Assembly: GCA_031370005.1 (NCBI GenBank)
Contig: JANMPT010000107.1
Span: 1 to 64,000, forward strand
Length of the DNA stretch: 64,000 bases
From: Bdellovibrionales bacterium
Lineage (GTDB): Bacteria > Bdellovibrionota > Bdellovibrionia > Bdellovibrionales > Bdellovibrionaceae
Direction: 5' to 3'
Made by a program: the position numbers and the translations under genes. The notes beneath the pieces are model-generated. The model was not told the origin of the DNA. It worked only from the letters and a program-made list of their open reading frames with translations, and searched no databases. Shown one piece after another: positions 39,925-49,077 of the stretch (position 1 is the stretch's first letter; every line of letters starts with the position of its first letter).

Positions 39925-40235
39925 ACCGGGTAATTCTGGATAAGGGCCTTAGAAAGGTCGTTAATGTACTTAACACTAGCAATTTTACGAATTTCATTAA
40001 GGTCATCCAGCTCCAAAGGCAAAAGTGACTGTATTTTTTCAAAGAGTTCGGTGTTTATTTTTACTCGTCCAGTCTCAATTCTTCGATAAGACTGAAGGCT
40101 CAGCTCAATTTGAGCTGCAATATCTTTTGCAGAAAAACCTAATTCATTGCGCTTGCGGCTGATATACAGCCCCAATAAATACCTAACATGGCGATTCTGA
40201 TTTGGAAAAACTATATCAATATGCATATCATCCAT
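39921..40235 (-). CDS. XRE-family HTH regulator
   Basis: RNELGFSAKDIAAQIELSLQSYRRIETG. Confidence 0.85.
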   Translation of the reverse strand: MDDMHIDIVFPNQNRHVRYLLGLYISRKRNELGFSAKDIAAQIELSLQSYRRIETGRVKINTELFEKIQSLLPLELDDLNEIRKIASVKYINDLSKALIQNYPV

Positions 40236-40295
40236 GACCTCAGTGACGATCCAAGTTTGTTAAAATTTCGCCACCAGTATTTAGTATGTTGGGTA

Positions 40296-40562
40296 TTATT
40301 TTAGTTTTTGTTTATAGAACTTTTCAGTAAGTTCCGTAGTCACATGCTCAATAGTTGCTTTTAACATAACATCAAACATTTCATTGGACGAAATGTTGTA
40401 GATCTGGGCGATTTTACGAAGAGTCACAACCGGTGGCTGAGAAAGACCTCGCTCCCAGTTACTTATGAACTGAGGACTTGTATAACCAAGCTTCTTAGCA
40501 ACAACCCCTTGCGAAAGGCCGGCTTGCAATCTTTTTTCTTTTAAAAATTTAGATAAATCCAT
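40296..40562 (-). CDS. XRE-family HTH regulator
   Basis: RLQAGLSQGVVAKKLGYTSPQFISNWERG. Confidence 0.9.
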   Translation of the reverse strand: MDLSKFLKEKRLQAGLSQGVVAKKLGYTSPQFISNWERGLSQPPVVTLRKIAQIYNISSNEMFDVMLKATIEHVTTELTEKFYKQKLK

Positions 40563-40841
40563 ATACGTACCATCTCCATAAATTGAAAAATATTTACCAG
40601 AAAGCTACATTTATTTATTCGGTTTTTCAACTGAAATATTTGAAAAAAGCCTATCCGGCGCATTCATTGGTAATTTTTTATCATAGATGTTTAAAAGTTT
40701 TCCAGAAGTATTTCAAAAATTTAAAAAGTGGCTGAGGACGCTATCAGATGACGATTCCCTGTACACTTTTGAAATTCCTTCTCTTTTAAATTAATAAACG
40801 CACCCTAATGGCCTTAGGTTTGAGTACGGGGAAAATGGATT

Positions 40842-40857
40842 TGGCCTGGGGCTTGCT
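40842..40857 (+). promoter_or_regulatory. Putative sigma54 promoter
   Basis: TGGCCTGGGGCTTGCT (GG-N10-GC), ~40 bp upstream of the lipoprotein ATG. Confidence 0.65.
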
Positions 40858-40895
40858 CCTTGTTGGGCGGACATAAAACCTTGGAGGTCCTTATT

Positions 40896-42113
40896 ATGGG
40901 TTATAGAATCCACCAAAAAATATCTTTATATTTAGCAGCGGCATTTGCTGTTGTCTCTTTATCAGCTTGCGGCGAAAAGAAAGATGCCCGTGGTTCTCAG
41001 CCCGCAGAGGCACCAAAATCCACAACAACAGGTGGGGAGCAAGTCCCAACCGGCGGTGGCCTTGATTTGCCGGGACCGACTCCCCCAGGCAACCCAAAAG
41101 ACGCTGGCAACCCAAAAGACGCTCTTAAGGATGACTCTGGCTATGACTCCTTGGACCCTCGGGCAGTGGAAAAGGCCGATTACCAAAAACGTTATACTGG
41201 CATGTCTGATGATGATGGTCTCTTATACACAGGCTCTTCGACAGACTATCTTTTAACTTATTTACGACTTAGAAACGAAGACCCAAACCTCGATGCCGCA
41301 GTTAAATCACGCAACCTTGAAGCTGCACACAGCATTGAAACTGCACGTTTAAGCCGTGACAAAGACACAGGTGACGTACTGATTTCCTTAAAAATCCGTG
41401 AAGGCAGCAGTGTTAAGAGTTACTTTCTATCTGGTGGCTTGAGTGATGAGGACTCTGTTTCTTTATTGCGCCAATCGAAAAAAGGCACAGGCACACAACG
41501 TATTGAAGGTAAAATTAAGTGCATGGACTCAGATGGTGGATGTGAAACCACTGTGGCCCGTCTTGTAATTGGAGAGCCCGGCGCTCGCGCCGCCGTTGCT
41601 ATCATCTTCCGCGAGTCTTTGGCTGATATCCACTTTAGTTTGAGTGCTAGCTCCGGCAACCCTGAGTACGAGATTATGAGAAAGTTCTGGATCAACTCAA
41701 ATCACGAGGACAATACTGACCTAAGAGTAAAAGAGGTTCTATTGAAGTCTTTTGAGATCGTAAATGGTCGCTCAGGCTTTGACGCTCAAATCAGAAGCTA
41801 CAATCGGCAACTAATGTCTTTTGGTGGCCCTTTGCTGGCCCCTGATGTGGGAACTTCCGTGAGCATCACTGCGGATCGCAATGCGGAACTGCAAGAGTCT
41901 TTCGATTTAGACGGAGTAACAAACTACAAGTACGATCTTGCGAACTTTATCGGCAGCGCCAAAATCGTGAACAATAACGGCTTAGGACAGGTCCGTTTGG
42001 CCGTGAAAATGAGAAAAAGAGTCGGCTACAGCCAGGAGGCCTTCACTTTAACAGTCATGCGAATTATCAAGCCAATCTTGACGCCAAATCAAGAGAACCT
42101 GAATTTAAACTAA
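40896..42113 (+). CDS. Hypothetical lipoprotein
   Basis: GGAGG RBS; lipobox LSAC; Pro/Gly-rich linker followed by beta-rich domains. Confidence 0.8.
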   Translation: MGYRIHQKISLYLAAAFAVVSLSACGEKKDARGSQPAEAPKSTTTGGEQVPTGGGLDLPGPTPPGNPKDAGNPKDALKDDSGYDSLDPRAVEKADYQKRYTGMSDDDGLLYTGSSTDYLLTYLRLRNEDPNLDAAVKSRNLEAAHSIETARLSRDKDTGDVLISLKIREGSSVKSYFLSGGLSDEDSVSLLRQSKKGTGTQRIEGKIKCMDSDGGCETTVARLVIGEPGARAAVAIIFRESLADIHFSLSASSGNPEYEIMRKFWINSNHEDNTDLRVKEVLLKSFEIVNGRSGFDAQIRSYNRQLMSFGGPLLAPDVGTSVSITADRNAELQESFDLDGVTNYKYDLANFIGSAKIVNNNGLGQVRLAVKMRKRVGYSQEAFTLTVMRIIKPILTPNQENLNLN

Positions 42114-42154
42114 AAAAAAGCATTTTTTTGGTTTTTTACTGCTCTTTCCTTTGC

Positions 42155-42190
42155 GGGGCGGCCATCTCCAAGTGGCCGCCCCCTTTTTTT
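42155..42190 (+). terminator. Rho-independent terminator
   Basis: Stem GGGGCGGCCA/TGGCCGCCCC followed by a T run. Confidence 0.9.
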
Positions 42191-42250
42191 GTTGTCATGG
42201 CGAAAAGCCTTGTGTTTCACTAGTTGTAAAGAAACAGGAGGTCGCTTTTT

Positions 42251-43207
42251 ATGTACGAATCCCAGATCGAGTTTGCAAAGACTGCAACTAATTCGAATAC
42301 TTCCAATTCAGCTCCCCGTGTTTCAGATTATATGGATTACAGACAGTATTTAGCCGGTTTTTTTCAATATAAACGAAGCCAGACTGCTTCGAGCGTTCGC
42401 CCCTATAACTATGCGGCTTTCTCAGCCGGCGCGAATATCAAGTCTCCGAATTATCTTAAAATGATTATCGAGGGACGAAGAAATCTTTCTGAAGAAATGG
42501 TTCTGAAGTTTGCAAAGGCTCTGGGGATGAACAAAGAGGCCACTGAGGATTTCGATCTTCTCGTGTCCTATGGCCAAGCCACGGATCCTGCAGTTAGAAA
42601 TATGTTCCTTAAAAAGCTTTCAGAACACCGTGTGCAGGTAAAACTTAAAAGCGGAGAGCTCGACAAAAAAACCTGGGATAAAATCCCGAGCTGGGCGGCC
42701 TGGGTGATTTACGCCATGGTCGATCAAGAAGGCATAACATACGATACTAAAACCCTCAGGGAGCTCCTCAGGGGCAAGGCCTCTGAAGACGAGATCGAGC
42801 AAGCTCTGCAGAGCCTTTTCAAATCTGGAGAGCTTGTGCGCGATCCAGAGGGCCAAGGGGTCAAAAAGGCGCATACACTAATCAATGCCGCAGAGGACGT
42901 TCCCGTGGCCCTGGTCAGAAAGCTGCAATCGCAACTGATGTACCTCGGGCTAGAGTCGCTTTATCAAGATGCTGCGACGGAGAGGGAGTTTGGAACGCTG
43001 ACAATGTGTCTAACGAGGCAAGAGTTTGAAGAGATCAAATTCAAACTTCGACAGATGCGCAAGCAAATCAACAAAGACAACTCAATTGCCCGGGCAAGCT
43101 CAAAGGGCGAGAAGGTCTATCAGCTGAATATTCAACTTTTCCCCGTGTCAAATGCCACAAATAAGGCGAATCTCCCTAAAAACGGCAAAGAAGACGCGCG
43201 GAGCTAA
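42251..43207 (+). CDS. TIGR02147-family protein
   Basis: YMDYRQYL, FS..ANIKSPNYLK.IIEGRRNL, VYQLNIQLFP. Confidence 0.85.
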   Translation: MYESQIEFAKTATNSNTSNSAPRVSDYMDYRQYLAGFFQYKRSQTASSVRPYNYAAFSAGANIKSPNYLKMIIEGRRNLSEEMVLKFAKALGMNKEATEDFDLLVSYGQATDPAVRNMFLKKLSEHRVQVKLKSGELDKKTWDKIPSWAAWVIYAMVDQEGITYDTKTLRELLRGKASEDEIEQALQSLFKSGELVRDPEGQGVKKAHTLINAAEDVPVALVRKLQSQLMYLGLESLYQDAATEREFGTLTMCLTRQEFEEIKFKLRQMRKQINKDNSIARASSKGEKVYQLNIQLFPVSNATNKANLPKNGKEDARS

Positions 43208-43489
43208 AATTTAAGAATCTTAAAAAATCCGCCATAAAATCTCCAAATTATAGGCAGCTATGTGGATAAATCAGTGGAGAGCGTTGATAACTCCTGGATT
43301 TGAGATACTTTTGTGTCACTTTGTCCCTTGCCCATGATAGAAACCTCACAAAAATAAGACAAAATTTAAACAATTGGAGCCAAAACGACCCCAATTATTT
43401 TTAAATTTAATGCTTGAGATCACATAAATTTCGGACATTATAACTAGTTTTTTTGAACTGTGTTAGGATAAGCAGGTTTCAAAAAACGT

Positions 43490-43842
43490 GGGGGCGACAC
43501 GGCTTCGACGTGGGCGCTGAAGCATAAGGAGCATATCGGGGAGTATGAGGACCTCGCAAAAACATACACATTGTAATTGGCAACGATTACGCACTTGCAG
43601 CTTAATTTAATTTAAGCGCACGATCCCTCGCTAGTGGTGACGCCGCGAGATCAGATTGTCACTTAGTTACCACGGCTCGTGTGGGTTTCTTCAGCGCACA
43701 AGCTTAAATAATTCTGAGGGAAATGTTGCACGCGGATTTTGTCGATGGAAGCTGCGTGACCAAATCAAAACACCGACTAAGTATGTAGTGCCTTATCGTG
43801 GATCGCTTGCGGACGGGGGTTCAATTCCCCCCGCCTCCACCA
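43490..43842 (+). ncRNA. ssrA: tmRNA; tag peptide (A)GNDYALAA at 43579-43605
   Basis: 5' GGGGGCGACACGGCTTCGAC; 3' GGACGGGGGTTCAATTCCCCCCGCCTCCACCA; tag ORF ends YALAA*. Confidence 0.96.
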
Positions 43843-43989
43843 TCTACGGAACCTGAAATGGGTTCTAAGTAATTAAAAAGATTGAGTTCTGCCCTTCGGG
43901 GCAGGGTTCGTCGGGTTCCGAGGTTTTTCGAGGAATCAATATGTTGGAGCGACGATTTGATTCTGGAAAATAGGTTTTTAGGAGTGGGC

Positions 43990-44418
43990 ATGGACGTAAA
44001 TCATCAGTTTGAGCATCTAGAGTTCTCCTCTGACAAATTGCGATTAGATCTCAATATTGTTCATGGGTTTCTTAAGAGGAGTAGCTGGGCGGCTAAACGA
44101 ACACGCGAGACGTTGACTAAGAGTATTGAAAACTCACTTTGTTTTGGCGCTTATTTTGGGGACCGTCAAGTTGGCTTTGCTCGTGTGGTAACCGACGGCT
44201 GTACGTTCGCATATCTTTGTGATGTTTTTGTAGATGAAGAGTTTCGCAATCGTGGAATTTCTAAAGCCCTTATGGCCAACTTGATGAAACACCCAGAGTT
44301 GCAAAGTTACCGTCGATTTACATTGGCGACCAAAGATGCTCACGGACTATATCGACAATTTGGTTTTCAAGACGTCGAACCAAATCGATTCATGGAAATT
44401 AAGAACGATGGAGTATAG
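43990..44418 (+). CDS. GNAT N-acetyltransferase
   Basis: QVGFARVVTD, YLCDVFV..EFRNRG, DAHGLYRQFGF. Confidence 0.9.
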   Translation: MDVNHQFEHLEFSSDKLRLDLNIVHGFLKRSSWAAKRTRETLTKSIENSLCFGAYFGDRQVGFARVVTDGCTFAYLCDVFVDEEFRNRGISKALMANLMKHPELQSYRRFTLATKDAHGLYRQFGFQDVEPNRFMEIKNDGV

Positions 44419-45067
44419 TTCTCAACACCAACGGCTTCACGGCTTACTTTCTGAAAAAGAGCATATCATTTGGGACTGGAATGGAACACTTCTCAACGAT
44501 GTCGATCATGCCGTGGAGACAATGAACCATCTTCTTAAAGACCACGCCTTGCCAAGTCTTGATAGAGGCCGTTACCAGCAAATCTTTGAATTTCCTGTTC
44601 GTCGATACTATGAGGCGCTAGGATTTGATTTTGAAAAAGAAAGTTTTGAGAATCTTTGCCACCGCTTTGTCGATCGCTTCATGGCAGGATTTCACAGCCT
44701 ACCTCTTATTTCTGGAATTGAGATGGTCCTACGTAAATTACATAAAGCAGGTTTAAAGCAGTCAGTTCTTTCCGCAACAGACCAGCCTAACCTAGAGTCA
44801 ATGGTTGCGCATTTTAATTTACAAGACGTTTTCATGTATGTGTTTGGGATCAACGATAAGATGGCCAGTTCTAAGATTGATCGAGGTCACGAACTACTGC
44901 GCGTATCGCAGATGGACCCGCGTAAAACTATAATAGTAGGTGATACACTTCATGATCTTGAAGTAGCTAACGAACTTGGAATTGATGCTGTTCTCGTTGG
45001 TCACGGGCATCAGTGTCCTATAAAGCTTGGCCAATTTCACCACAATGTAATTCTAGAGAGGCTTTAA
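44408..45067 (+). CDS. HAD-family hydrolase
   Basis: IIWDWNGTLLND; IVGDTLHD. Confidence 0.9.
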   Translation: MEYSSQHQRLHGLLSEKEHIIWDWNGTLLNDVDHAVETMNHLLKDHALPSLDRGRYQQIFEFPVRRYYEALGFDFEKESFENLCHRFVDRFMAGFHSLPLISGIEMVLRKLHKAGLKQSVLSATDQPNLESMVAHFNLQDVFMYVFGINDKMASSKIDRGHELLRVSQMDPRKTIIVGDTLHDLEVANELGIDAVLVGHGHQCPIKLGQFHHNVILERL

Positions 45068-46096
45068 ATGATAAAGCCAATTGCCTTAAAACCAGGAGAT
45101 ACCATAGGCGTCTTTACACCCTCATCGCCTGGTTATACTCATAATTCAGGTCTCTTTGAGAACGGTCTGAAGAATATTGAAAAAATGGGTTTTAAAGTTA
45201 AGTTGGGCTCAGTTACGAAAAGTCGCAAATCAGAAGGGTATCGCTCTGCAAGTCCGAAAGAACGTGCCGCTGAGATGATGGAGCTTATCAATGACCCTGA
45301 AGTAAGGGGTTTAATAGCCACTATCGGTGGAATGAATTCAAATAGCCTAATTCCGTTCTTGGATTTCAATAAAATCAGAGAAACAAGAAAAGTAATTTGT
45401 GGCTTTAGTGATGTTACTTCACTACATCTTTCAATCGCCATGTACTCCGGTTTAAGAACTTTCTATGGGCCGACAGTCATGTGTTGGTTCGGTGATTGGC
45501 CTGATGGCATTCCCGAAAGTACGGAGTCATTTCTACAAGCAGTTATGCATCATACAAGTGGGTCTAGGAATTTTAGTGTTCCTAAAAAGTGGAGCAACCA
45601 TAAGCGCAATTAGGACAATGGGGATTGGAAGAATCTGCCTAGAGAATGGAAAGAGAATGATGGATGGAGAGTTTTGTCTCCAGGCATCGTAGAGGCAGAA
45701 ATAATCCCGGCAAATCTCAACACATTGATGAGCTCTTGTGGCACTGAATATTTTCCTGTACTAAAAGGAAAGATTTTACCTATTGAGGATATGGACGCTC
45801 CTCAATCGAGAACAGAGAGAGGTCTTCAACAGTTAAGTCTTATGGGTATCTTTGATCAAATCGCTGGTTTAATTATTGGGAAACCTGAATTTTACGATCA
45901 GCAAGGTGCTCCATTTAATTATGATGATCTTATTCGAGAAGTTGTTGGTGCTCGGCCATATCCCATAGTGAGTAATTTTGATTGTGGACATACGATTCCG
46001 ATGCTGACGGTGCCAAGGTATGCTCGAGCTCATTTTAAGGCCAATAATAAAAGCGTTAATTTTAGTTTACTTGAAGGATCTGTGGAAGAGGGTTGA
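45068..46096 (+). pseudogene. S66 peptidase (LD-carboxypeptidase/MccF-like) interrupted by an in-frame TAG
   Basis: GFSDVT Ser motif and DCGHT His motif lie in the same frame; single TAG at 45611-45613 (likely TGG to TAG). Confidence 0.85.
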
Positions 46097-46944
46097 TGGA
46101 AGCTTTAAAAATCTATAGGGATCCAAAAATCTTCTGGCAGGAAATATCACCTCACTTAAAAAGGGAAGAGGCAAAAAATAGTTTAATTCTTGGAATGTCT
46201 TATATTTTTCAATCAAATCCAAACGACTGTTTGTATCAGAGCGCGCTTTTTCAAGATGATAACCTTTTAGGTTCCTTGGTTTTAAGTAGGTATCGAACCA
46301 ACCACAATTTTCTGCCCTCACCAGTCTCAGATCCAGAGATTGCCAAAAAGATCTTCGATGAGTTCCAAAAAACCGACCTTTCTATCACAGGTATAGTTGG
46401 TGAAAAAGTAACGGCTAATATTTATCGGGTTTTTTTTGAGATGAACGGTAAGAAGACAAAAGTAAATATGACCCAAGGCCTTTATCGTTGCGGCAGAGTA
46501 AAAATGCCCAATTACGACTTGAAACTCAACTTTAGAGTTGCTGATGAGAAAGATATTAAAAAGGTTGGCGAATGGATCGAAGCATTTCACCAGGAAGCGG
46601 TCCCTCATGACCCACCAATAGTTGGTGTCGAGATGGCTAAGTTAAAAATTGATAAAAAGATGGTCTATGTCTTGGAGAAAGACAGCGAGTTAGTTTCTAT
46701 GGTTGCGTGGAGTAGAGATATCGAAACTTCGTGCTCCGTCAATTTAGTGTTTACTCCTAAATCGTTAAGAAAAAATGGTTATGCAAGCGTAGCCACAGCC
46801 AAGCTGACCCAACACTTGCTGGATAGTGGCAAGAAAGAAACGAATCTCTATACTGATATGACCAACCCAACATCCAACAAGATTTATATAGATGTGGGTT
46901 ACGAATTTGTCTGCGACTCTGTTCACTATGGAGTCACAGAATGA
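46093..46944 (+). CDS. GNAT acetyltransferase (FR47-like)
   Basis: VFTPKSLRKNGYA; LYTDMTNPTSNKIY..VGY. Confidence 0.85.
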   Translation: MMEALKIYRDPKIFWQEISPHLKREEAKNSLILGMSYIFQSNPNDCLYQSALFQDDNLLGSLVLSRYRTNHNFLPSPVSDPEIAKKIFDEFQKTDLSITGIVGEKVTANIYRVFFEMNGKKTKVNMTQGLYRCGRVKMPNYDLKLNFRVADEKDIKKVGEWIEAFHQEAVPHDPPIVGVEMAKLKIDKKMVYVLEKDSELVSMVAWSRDIETSCSVNLVFTPKSLRKNGYASVATAKLTQHLLDSGKKETNLYTDMTNPTSNKIYIDVGYEFVCDSVHYGVTE

Positions 46945-47339
46945 GCCATGATTTTAAACGAATATTCACTGGTGCTCCTTGGGAAAAGAAAGTCGGCTAT
47001 TGCCGGGTTCTCAAGGCTGGCGATCACGTTTATGTCACTGGCACCGCTCCTGTCGATAAAGACGGTAAGACGTTTGCCTCCGGAGATGGATACCAACAGG
47101 CCAAAAAGTGTTTTGAGATCATTCAATCATCGTTGGCCAAACTCGATGTGCCAATGTCAAAAATCGTGAGAACACGTATGTTCGTCACTGACATTTCGAG
47201 ATGGGAAGAGTTTGGCAGAGCACACGCTGAATTTTTTAGTGAGCACCCGCCGACAACCTCCATGCTTGAAGTCAAAGGATTAATTGATCCTGAGATGTTG
47301 ATTGAAATTGAGGCCGATGCTTATGTGGGGAAATTGTGA
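46941..47339 (+). CDS. RidA/YjgF-family protein
   Basis: PWEKKVGY.R; VRTRMFVTDI; LIEIEADA. Confidence 0.9.
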   Translation: MSHDFKRIFTGAPWEKKVGYCRVLKAGDHVYVTGTAPVDKDGKTFASGDGYQQAKKCFEIIQSSLAKLDVPMSKIVRTRMFVTDISRWEEFGRAHAEFFSEHPPTTSMLEVKGLIDPEMLIEIEADAYVGKL

Positions 47340-48328
47340 ATATTCTTGTCCTTGGTGGAACTGAATTCTTAGGAAGGCACTTTGTCAAAATAGCAAAAAG
47401 CAAAGGCCACAAATTAACTCTTTTTAGCAGAGGAAAAACAAACCCTGGCTTATTCACCGACGTAGAAACCATTATTGGCGATCGAACTAAGGACTTGAAC
47501 AATTTAAATGGAAAGCAATTCGATGTAGTTCTGGATACCAGTGGGTATTTTCCTGCGAATCTTAAGTGCGTGACCACTGAGCTAAAAAATAAAGTTAACC
47601 AATATGTTTTTGTCTCATCTTGCTCGGTATTTGATTATAATGATCAAGGCTTAGAAAGCTTTGATGAGAATGGGACTTTAGTAAATCTTGATATCGACAA
47701 GAACAAGGATGCACCTGAAACCTATGGTGCTAGAAAATATCATTGCGAAGAGGTTGTAAGGGAATTATTTAAAGACAATCACTTTATAGTTCGGCCTGGG
47801 CTCATTGTAGGCCCGTTTGATCCGACTTATAGATTTCCTTATTGGGCTGACCGCATATCAGAAGGCGGTGAAATACTTTGCCCTGGTGAACCTGACGCTC
47901 CTCTACAGTTTATTGATGCACGAGATTTGTCAGAGTGGATTTTGTTCGGAATTGAAAATAGATTTTCGGGAACCTACAATTCAGTGTCGCCTCATTCCCA
48001 GCTTAAACTAGGTCAGTTTTTGGAAATGGTAAAAACTGAAATAAATAATAATTGTGAATTCAAATGGGTTAGCGAGCAATTTTTGAAAGAAAATTATATC
48101 CCCTGTTGGAGCAAATTGCCACTATGGGTCTATAAAGACATTCAAGGATTTTTAAAACTTAACTCAAACAAGGCCATCTCAAAAGGTCTAAAATTCAGAA
48201 GTATTTCGGAGTCGATTAGAGATACTCATGAATGGAGTAAAGGTATTTATAAAGAGCAGTTTTTACATAAAGTGCTCACACGCGACAAAGAAGTAGAGCT
48301 ATTGGAAAAGTATAGGAGATCAGTGTGA
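47336..48328 (+). CDS. NAD-dependent epimerase/dehydratase (extended SDR)
   Basis: LGGTEFLG; YGARK; RPGLIVGP. Confidence 0.9.
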   Translation: MNILVLGGTEFLGRHFVKIAKSKGHKLTLFSRGKTNPGLFTDVETIIGDRTKDLNNLNGKQFDVVLDTSGYFPANLKCVTTELKNKVNQYVFVSSCSVFDYNDQGLESFDENGTLVNLDIDKNKDAPETYGARKYHCEEVVRELFKDNHFIVRPGLIVGPFDPTYRFPYWADRISEGGEILCPGEPDAPLQFIDARDLSEWILFGIENRFSGTYNSVSPHSQLKLGQFLEMVKTEINNNCEFKWVSEQFLKENYIPCWSKLPLWVYKDIQGFLKLNSNKAISKGLKFRSISESIRDTHEWSKGIYKEQFLHKVLTRDKEVELLEKYRRSV

Positions 48329-48344
48329 GATTAAAGGTTTTGCG

Positions 48345-48719
48345 ATGATCGTTCACACTATTTTATATGTCGCCGATCAAGAGCGAAGTCGAGATTTCTA
48401 CAAATTTGTATTGGGTCAAGACCCATTTTTGGATGTACCTGGGATGACGGAGTTCAAATTGAGCGATGCCCACATTCTGGGTCTTATGCCTGAAAAGGGA
48501 ATCAAGCGATTACTTGGTGATAAACTTCCAGATCCTGCTCAAGGCTCAGGAATTCCTCGCGCAGAACTCTATATTAGGGTCAAAGACCCCGAATCTATGT
48601 TTGCCAGAGCAAAAGAAGTTGGAGCTGTTGAGTTAAGTCCAATTCTTGAGCGAGATTGGGGTGGGCGAGCTTGCTACGTTTTGGATAAAGATGGTCATGT
48701 CCTGGCGATGGCGACATAA
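48345..48719 (+). CDS. VOC/glyoxalase-family protein
   Basis: LYVADQERSRDFY; WGGR..Y.LDKDGH. Confidence 0.88.
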   Translation: MIVHTILYVADQERSRDFYKFVLGQDPFLDVPGMTEFKLSDAHILGLMPEKGIKRLLGDKLPDPAQGSGIPRAELYIRVKDPESMFARAKEVGAVELSPILERDWGGRACYVLDKDGHVLAMAT

Positions 48720-48738
48720 GTTTAGGAGTAGTTGAGAA

Positions 48739-49017
48739 ATGAAAATGCTAATCACCTCCACGTTCTTCTTAATTTTTTCTGTAGCCAATGCAAGCGAAAA
48801 AATTGATGGTCATTTATTTGTCACAAAATATGAATATCATAAAATGGGTAAACCCTGTGGTTGTCCATCTGATCCAGCAAAAAATGGAATATGTGGAGGC
48901 CGAGCTGCACTTTGCAAAAATGGTGGCTATAATATTTCAGATTGTGGAAAAAATGCTGTTAAATCCATTGCTGAATATAAAAAAGTTAAGAAAGAATTGT
49001 GTGGCACCGATTTCTAA
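48739..49017 (+). CDS. Small secreted Cys-rich protein
   Basis: AGGAG RBS; signal peptide; six Cys (CGCPSD..KNGICGGR). Confidence 0.7.
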   Translation: MKMLITSTFFLIFSVANASEKIDGHLFVTKYEYHKMGKPCGCPSDPAKNGICGGRAALCKNGGYNISDCGKNAVKSIAEYKKVKKELCGTDF

Positions 49018-49029
49018 TTAGGACAGTGT

Positions 49030-49058
49030 TGGGCTCCGTGGTTCTGCGGGGAGCCCAT
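49030..49058. terminator. Probable bidirectional terminator hairpin between convergent genes
   Basis: Stem TGGGCTCC...GGAGCCCA. Confidence 0.55.
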
Positions 49059-49077
49059 AGCTTAGATGAGATGTTTT

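Noticed and set aside
43261..43269. Perfect DnaA box (TGTGGATAA) in the AT-rich gap before ssrA, suggesting oriC
   Set aside because: Only one perfect box, no box cluster, and no dnaA, dnaN or gidA context.
43656..43856. 66-aa ORF
   Set aside because: It lies inside the tmRNA.
43990..49017. Integron cassette array
   Set aside because: The genes overlap or abut, leaving no room for attC sites, and no IntI-like integrase is present.
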